64,000 nucleotides of DNA from Octopus vulgaris (lineage: Eukaryota), in contig OX597827.1 in the NCBI GenBank assembly GCA_951406725.2, positions 41,540,001 to 41,604,000 of the forward strand. Direction: 5' to 3'. The position numbers and the translations under genes were made by a program. Below the pieces are notes generated by a model. The model worked only from the letters and a program-made list of their open reading frames with translations. It did no database searches and was not told the DNA's origin. Every line of letters starts with the position of its first letter. Position 1 is the stretch's first letter. This document shows, one piece after another, positions 55,913 through 64,000 of the stretch.

Positions 55913-56446
55913 TACTTACACAAAAATTCACGTACACATTTATATAAATTCATGTATATATATATATATACATATCTTTATATGCTCTATAACTATATGT
56001 ACATACGTATGTATTTATGCATATACATATACATACGTACATGCATGCATACATACATATATACATATATATATACATATATATATATAGACATATATAT
56101 ATATATATGTATGTATATACATACACACGTATACATATATATATGTATATACATGCATGCAACCCAAGTAATGAAAGCGTATAAATACAAATATAGTCAG
56201 ATATTTTGGTTTGTTCAGATTTATGGACAAGTTACAATACGTATTCGTTCAAAAACATATCGACGTACATGTGCTTATCTACACGGCCACAGACACAGGT
56301 ACACACAAACACACATACACACACACACACACGTACACACATATGCAGACATGCAAAAACACACACATTCATAATCACACACGAAAATAGCTTTGTGTTT
56401 ATATGAATTTTTGTGTAGAAATATTTATTGATATATATCAATTTGG

Positions 56447-56490
<44 letters not shown>

Positions 56491-56491
56491 A

Positions 56492-56528
<37 letters not shown>

Positions 56529-56542
56529 TCTCTTTCTTTCTC

Positions 56543-56632
<90 letters not shown>
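56447..56632. repeat. (CTTT)n microsatellite
   Basis: Direct reading. Confidence 0.95.
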
Positions 56633-56633
<1 letters not shown>

Positions 56634-56709
56634 ATTTAGATATTCCTTTCTCCCTCTTCTTTCATTGTAACTTTCCTCCTCCCTTCCCTTCACTCACTCT
56701 GTGTGTGTT

Positions 56710-56751
<42 letters not shown>

Positions 56752-56937
56752 TAAGCACATAGATATATACATATAAATATAATCTATATTTATGTATACA
56801 TATGCACACACACACGGACACACACACACATATATATATGCATACATGAGTACATGTATACATGTATATACATATGTACATATATACGTATGTCTATATA
56901 TGTATGCGTATATATGAATCTGTACATATAAATATAC

Positions 56938-56995
<58 letters not shown>

Positions 56996-57160
56996 CATAT
57001 ATCCATGCATACATACATACATACATACATATACACTCGTACCCAACATATATGTATATGTAAGTATCCATATGAAAATACTTATGACTGTGTAGTTTTG
57101 CATTATTCTTTTCCATAAATCATTTTCTTAACAATGCCTATTTGTTATCCTTATAAATAA

Positions 57161-57302
<142 letters not shown>

Positions 57303-57447
57303 TGCACTTATTTACACACAGACATATATAATTGTTATTTATATAATATTGGTATAAATATAGTTGTATGTCTTTCCTCGTCGAATGTTTTACTGTTCAG
57401 ATGTATTGTTCTTACAATGCTTGCCTTTGTTTTCTCAATGATATTAT

Positions 57448-57496
<49 letters not shown>

Positions 57497-57751
57497 TAAA
57501 TATTTATATATATTTAAATATATATACATGCGTATACGTACATACACACACACATATGTATATATATCTGTATATAGTTTATAATAGAACACAAAATATG
57601 AGTATATGTATAACTAATATTTTAGCTGAAGCAACATAATTGTAAAAGTGCGAGAGTTTCGTGCATTGGGCCTCGAATGACTCTGTTACTACTGTTCAAT
57701 AATATACATATGTGTATATATATGTATATATATATATATATAAGTATATAC

Positions 57752-57837
<86 letters not shown>

Positions 57838-57878
57838 CTATCTGTCTGTCTATGTATGTATGTATGTATGTATGTATG

Positions 57879-57940
<62 letters not shown>

Positions 57941-58867
57941 ACTATTTGCGCTAGAAAGAGCAGTAGAAAACTCAAACCACTAATTATGGATAAATTCTCG
58001 AAAGGATTGAAAATTAAAAACGCTTACCATCAAATTTAGTTCCTAGACCATGGTTTCTAACTCATTCTAGTAAAAAAAATATTTACTGAGGCTAGTTTCG
58101 TCAGTAGGAAGCCTTTAGATTTCAAATATACGCACAACTAGATTCGCGTGTAAACCAGTTGCCTGTATATCGTAATTTTTTAAAACAACCGCGCCGATGC
58201 AGTTTAGTTCCGGCGACAGAGAGGATGCCGGTAAAAATTTCGAACAAATCTATCAAAAAATATTTAAACATAAAAAATAATATTAGGGTTATAAGAATTA
58301 TAGAAATTATTATTACCAGTGGCCTAGCACACAAAAAAAGTCAATAGACTATATATTATTCACATAAAAATATCGTGTACATTAGAACACATTAAGTTGG
58401 CTTCCAAATAGGAAAACTTTGTTCTAGAAAGAGCAATAGAAAACTCAAACTACTAATTATGTATGCATTCTCGAAAGGATTGATGCACGGAAAAGAGATT
58501 TTATGGTAGTATATATGATCCACATGCTTTCGAGGGGTGTTCAAGACTGTGATATTAAAATCAACAATGTTTGTTCTTCAGTTGGCTCGTAGGTGCAGTG
58601 AATGTTGTTGAAACCGACTGTTGCATTAGAACAAAGAAGGAAGGCAAAATAGAAATGAAAGAGAAAGGAGGCACATATTCGAACACTGCATCCATGCATT
58701 CACTGCACACATCTGCATTGATACAATGTCTCATTTATGTTGGCTGTCTTGAGTTACGTAATATGAACTAATCGGTGAACACATGGATGCAAGGTTTTTG
58801 TATATGTGATTCCCCTTCTTTGAAATATACGAGTGGGTGTTGAAAAGTTCCTGGCTTTAAGGGTACT

Positions 58868-59512
58868 GCGAATGCAACGCATCCATTTCCAAGTAATTTT
58901 ATCTTCACCTTTTTGACGCGATCCCGTTCTATACTGTTTTCTTCCTTTATCCTTCTCTAATTCCCTTTTACTCCACCTCCCTCTTTCACCATTTTCTATC
59001 TGTCTGTCTTTCTCCTGATCTTTCTCTTTTTCTCTCTCACGTTGCTCACACGTAACCATCGTCCATCTTTCTTTTCCTTATGTGACCGTCTTTCTTTTCC
59101 TGCACGGACGTTCAAAGGACTGGACGTTTTTGTCTCTCTCCTATATTTTCTCTTTTCAAAGAAAATATTTCTCCCAGCATTCACTTTTTACCTCTCGTTC
59201 TGGTCTAACGACCCTCCATGAATGCTTTCATTCGGTTTCCTTGTATGTCTCCACTGTCCTGTTTTTGTTCCCAACTTTGACCCTCCGTACATCCCAAATT
59301 TTATTTTAGAGTTTATGGGAGCAATTGTCTTTGAATACTTAAATTGTCGTTGAATGCTCGAACTGAGGAGTAGATAGACAGCTGACAACTGATGAAAGGT
59401 CGTTTCTCTGTGTTTACTTGTTTTGTTTACCATTTTATCTCTCGTTGTTTACGTATTTAACTCGTTTAACTACGTATTTCATGCTGTTTGAACCGCTGGT
59501 GACGTCCGTATT
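58868..59512 (+). mobile_element. PLE-like 3' end (subfamily 2) with degenerate rearranged hammerhead (59279-59401)
   Basis: Colinear with 9308-9908; GAGCA/TGCTC, TTGTC/GACAA-CTGATGA and GACCCT/AAGGTC are retained; stem III core is mutated. Confidence 0.7.
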
Positions 59513-59522
59513 CATATATGCA

Positions 59523-59585
<63 letters not shown>

Positions 59586-60296
59586 AAGTATCAGTTAGAC
59601 ACAGAAATCCCCATAAGATTCAACAAATCAGAATACAAATTCAACCATGTCATAGAATATTATATTTAATACTTACTATTCGTTTTCAAAGTTTACGGCT
59701 ACACGTGTTTCATGAGCTTGTATATCTATGTTCCTGGGACACGTAGTCTCTTACAGAACCTCCCCTTATATACAACCCCAATCTTCAGGTCCTCGTTTAT
59801 AACTTTATCTATCTTTATATATTCTAACTTAAAAGTATGTCGAACTAAACAGATGTATAAATAAGTAAATTCATTGAACCCTGCAGTTTAAGACATAATT
59901 AATTTAGAATTAAATGTGAATTACGAATGAGAAAATATATACGAATACGGAAAAAATATATACTAATGAAAAGAAAATATAATATTATAAGTGATATATA
60001 TATATCCAAATGAAGAGGATGATTAAGGGACGAATGGAAACTAAAGCGATTGACAAAAATTCAGGTGAATGTTTTGCGTAAAATACGAATGAAGTTATGA
60101 AAAGACATGAAAAAATATATGGAAAAATATAAAGGGAATTTGTATATTGATTTGTTGAATCTTATGGAGAATGCTGTCTCTAATTGATACTTTTATATAT
60201 GTATTTATTCATTGAGAATAATTCAAATTAATATTCTTAACTTGAATATCTCATCCCTGTGACGCCGGAATTGATATTCCCTCATTATATGTATAT

Positions 60297-60765
60297 TTCG
60301 GCTTAACATCCCTTACCGTTTGTATTACTGTTATTCTACTTGTCCTGTTTTTTACTGTTTTTATTTGTATTTTTACTGTCTTGCATTGTTTTTACTGTCC
60401 TGTTTTTGTTATCACTTTTACCCCTCCGCAAAAAATCTCAAATTTTATTTAATTTGCTTTGCGGGAAGGACCGTTTCACTGAAGTCATGTCTCGCCTTTA
60501 CCTTCGAAACACGGAGTAGACGAAACGGAGGCGGCTGAAGAAGGGGAATTTTCCTTGTGTTGAATGTCTTGTACCCTGTTTTTTTCGTTGTTTAAAAAAT
60601 GTCCGTTTCCATGGTTTTGTTTTTATGTTTTCGTTTCTCATTGTGTTCGACGTTTTTTTTGGTGTCCTGTACTCATATATGCATGTATATATACATATAG
60701 ATGTAGGTACGTACATATATGTATGTATATATGTATATGTTTTATTTATTATTTTGTTATTATAC
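60297..60765 (+). mobile_element. PLE-like 3' end (subfamily 1)
   Basis: Colinear with 26697-27150; ends at the same TTGTTATTA|TA point as the short arm at 26131. Confidence 0.8.
60421..60546 (+). ncRNA. Non-circularly permuted hammerhead-like ribozyme
   Basis: GTC (60489-91), GAAA (60506-09), CTGAAGA (60535-41); compensatory CCGTTTC/GAAACGG. Confidence 0.7.
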
Positions 60766-60782
60766 ATATATATATATATATA

Positions 60783-61149
60783 CTAGCAGTATCGCCCGGC
60801 GTTGCTCAGGTTTGTAAGGGAAATTACTATAAAGCATTTTTAGAGAGTTATAGCCAAAAAATAGCAAAAAAATGGAAAAAAAAATGATGGTAAATTTTTT
60901 TGAGAGTTAAAAAAGGTGGAGTTGCGTCCCCTAGACGGTCTGTGGTTTGGGTTTCTGATTCTCGACTCCATGTCGAATTTATCGATTTTTTTCAGAACTG
61001 GGGGAACTTTTCAAAATTTTCGCTGCGTTAGTTTTGAATTATGACATTGGGCTATGTGTGTGTCAAGTTTCATCAGAATCGGTTGAAAGCCGTGGTCAGA
61101 GTGAGGGTACGAGAAAACAGACACACAGAAAACGCACAGACAAACTGCC

Positions 61150-61165
<16 letters not shown>
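60783..61165 (-). mobile_element. Non-autonomous Helitron
   Basis: CTAG end at 60783-86 with hairpin; homologous to 47046-47367. Confidence 0.85.
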
Positions 61166-61193
<28 letters not shown>

Positions 61194-61924
61194 CGTCTTT
61201 ATATATATAAGCTTACATTGTCCAGTGTTTCCTCCATTAATTTGATGTGGCAGCAACAAATTTGAAGGAGACTTCACAGTTATTTCTTGCAGGGTACGCG
61301 GGAACATAACGTAGAGAAGCACTTGTCAGTGCTTACCGGAATGATTTGACACGTTTTGTAATATTGTAGCTATTGTTTAACCCCAGGTTATTCTTCATCA
61401 AGCAGATCAATGGCTAAAGATTTACCAGCCATTATTATTCCTCTCCTTCATTAATTTTGTTTATCTGACCCTGGACTATATTATCTCATGTGCTCTTTTG
61501 TAATTTTTTAAGAATGGGCAGGATTCGAGGGAGAATTTGGTGCTATTTCCAGCAGGTCGATTGATCACATAGAAGCACTCGCATTGGTTTGCTATGATAG
61601 CGTGTGACAAGATGTGATTATAATTAACGAGGTACTTTCGGAACACGACCCGAGATCAATGGTGTGACCTTTGCGGAAGTGTTTCTATATTTAAATGCAA
61701 AAGCAATTTGTCAGACAGTGCTTCAAAAGCAGTTAATTAAATCAGAACTTGGACTAATTAGAAATTTTCTAATGAATTTGCATATTTGTCTTTCTATTAC
61801 TTCCTTTAATATACAGGTAATTGCAATGAATGTCGAATACGCAAGCTGGGTGTAAAAGTGTGTGCCTGTTTTTGTATATATATGTATGTATGTATGCATA
61901 TATATATACATACATATATATATA

Positions 61925-61974
<50 letters not shown>

Positions 61975-62280
61975 ACGTATATATATACACATCCATGTAT
62001 ATATATATAAATATTCATATATATATATATATATGCAGGTATATATATATATATGTGTGTGTATATATATGTATGTATATACACATATATGCATGCATTT
62101 AAATATATACATATTTATACATATGTACACACACACATATACATGTACATACACACAAATATGAGTGTATATGTGTATATGTGCACAATTATATATATAT
62201 CTATATATCTATATATATATATTTACATATATATAGATATGTACATAGCTTCAAGTATATATATATACATATATATAGAC

Positions 62281-62344
<64 letters not shown>

Positions 62345-62597
62345 GAATAGAGCGATAATGAGACGGAAAAAGAGACTGCAAGTAGTTATGTATATATATT
62401 AATGCATATTTAAATTCTATTATTTGTTTTAGCGCTGATGGCTAAGGTTATGCTGGTGCACTGTTTGCAGAATCAATGATCTGTGTCGTCTGTGTGCAAT
62501 TCCAAGGAACCAATTATGTAGTGAGTTATTCGCTAAACTTAACATCACTAATCGCTGGCTAACAGAATTGACAGAGGCTACGCTGCTCTGTTCATGC

Positions 62598-62676
<79 letters not shown>

Positions 62677-62683
<7 letters not shown>

Positions 62684-62848
62684 TGTTCTTTTTTTTCCCT
62701 TTTACGATCCCTTTTGATCGAAAACCTACAATACCTTTTTTTTTGTTTCTTTTGTTTCTTGTTTTTTTTCATACCCCAAAAGAAAAGCTCTACCTTGTAA
62801 CTTGTCCCATCTGTGTGCAGCCCTGTGTGGCCAATAAAGAAACTTATC
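62677..62848 (+). mobile_element. Tx1-like LINE 3' end in (CTAT)n
   Basis: Tail shared with the 37574 and 40033 copies. Confidence 0.8.
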
Positions 62849-62855
62849 TATCTAT

Positions 62856-63370
62856 TCATCTGTCAACACCCGCGAAATGGAGGGCCAGGCATGCCATGGT
62901 GGATGATGCGAAGACATGCGCTGAGACTACAACTCTGGTACTTCATAGACGACGGTGAACAGGTGTGGTCGCCGTTTGCGCGGCGCGCTTTCCCGCAGCT
63001 CATCTCCTTGACCGAACTACAGTCGTGGATCAAACAGAAACCGAGGCTAGGCGAATGGCACCGCGTGTATCGCGTTGCTCTCAAGCAACACTGCCGTCCG
63101 GGACCAAACTTGTGCGACTTCATTACAACAAAGGCGTTCTATAGAGGATTAGTAGAGTGTGGTGCGACGACATTCTCGGGTAGAATCTGGGTGTCGACGA
63201 GGAACACCTGACCCGCTTGTTCAGGATAACTTACGGGCCGGAACCTATGGACAATCACCAAAGGCCCATGGCCTGGCAGTGCTATCGAGAAGCATTACCT
63301 GTTCGGGATAAGCTCTACAGGCACGGTTTGAGACACACTGGACCGACTTGCCCGAGATGCGGTCAGAGCA
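62856..63370 (+). pseudogene. Tx1/L1-clade ORF2 C-terminal fragment (post-RT region with zf-RVT-like knuckle)
   Basis: CQHPRNGGPGMP (GGLG.P motif), TTKAFYRGL, AWQCYREALPVRDKLYRHG..TCPRCG; frameshifted and truncated. Confidence 0.8.
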
Positions 63371-63393
63371 AAAATGTTTTATTGATGAGCTTC

Positions 63394-63480
63394 TTTCCCT
63401 GATGAGAAGATTACATTGTTTTACACTATTTTATTCGTTTGGAATAATACCAATGTTGTCTTCGAAACATATGTCGGAAG
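63394..63480 (+). ncRNA. Type I hammerhead ribozyme in PLE terminal fragment 63372-63690
   Basis: TTTCC-CTGATGA-GAAGATTACATTG...CAATGTTGTCTTC-GAAAC-ATAT-GTC-GGAAG; predicted cut after 63475. Confidence 0.85.
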
Positions 63481-64000
63481 CAAAAGAATTTGAATAACAC
63501 CTGCGTTTAGCTCCATTTATTTATTTATACATATTATACAAAATATTTCACATCAACCCGGAGTTTCTACCTTTACAAACAGGGTTTTACGTCCTTATTA
63601 CTTGTGTGATTTTTTGCTGCCCTGGTAATTGTTTATTTATTTTTTCCGTGTTAATTGTAAACAAGGGAAAAATACACACATCCATTTCCATATATATATA
63701 TAATATTATTTGGAACAGTTTGATTCGGTTCTGTACAACTTCAATTTTCGCACCCTCCTAACGGGAGCCCGACTCCTTTAGGTTTCTGGAATGCCGAAAG
63801 GAGAGATTCAGTAAGTACAAAATGGTTACGTAGACCAACAGTTGTCTACCGGAAGGTAGGCTGCTATTGGTCAAGGAGGATCAAATGATATTGTAGCGAA
63901 TAGTATAGATTTGTTAGCGACACCAATTCCATCAGAATGGATTGCTAATTCGGGCAACATACTCCACAAGCTCTGTTGATACAAAAATACACCAGGCAAA

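Noticed and set aside
58828-58867. Mariner-like TIR TACGAGTGGGTGTTGAAAAGTTCCTGGC
   Set aside because: A single end with no partner TIR or transposase remnant found.
59696-59760. Minus-strand GAAAC-ACGT-GTA with upstream CTGTAAGA
   Set aside because: The core is imperfect and stems I and II do not pair convincingly; at most a decayed HHR.

Overview
AT-rich, microsatellite-saturated animal genomic DNA. The repeat families resemble those I recognise from octopus/cephalopod genomes; this is inference. No intact protein-coding gene is visible, and nearly all ORFs in the supplied track are translations of (TA)n, (TATG)n, (CTAT)n, (TAA)n or (GA)n arrays. The complex sequence is a mosaic of tRNA-derived SINEs, LINE 3' remnants (R4/Dong-type RLE, CR1, Tx1/L1, RTE), non-autonomous Helitrons, MITEs and many Penelope-like element (PLE) ends. 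The PLE ends carry about 15 hammerhead ribozyme (HHR) motifs and often form fold-back (inverted) insertions in (TA)n. The most striking result is six copies, in three diverged subfamilies, of a hammerhead whose catalytic strands run NUH -> GAAA -> CUGANGA. That order is not a circular permutation of types I-III, and it is supported by co-varying helices. There is also an HHR with a swapped G3:C8 core pair. All structures were folded by eye and none was tested computationally or experimentally.
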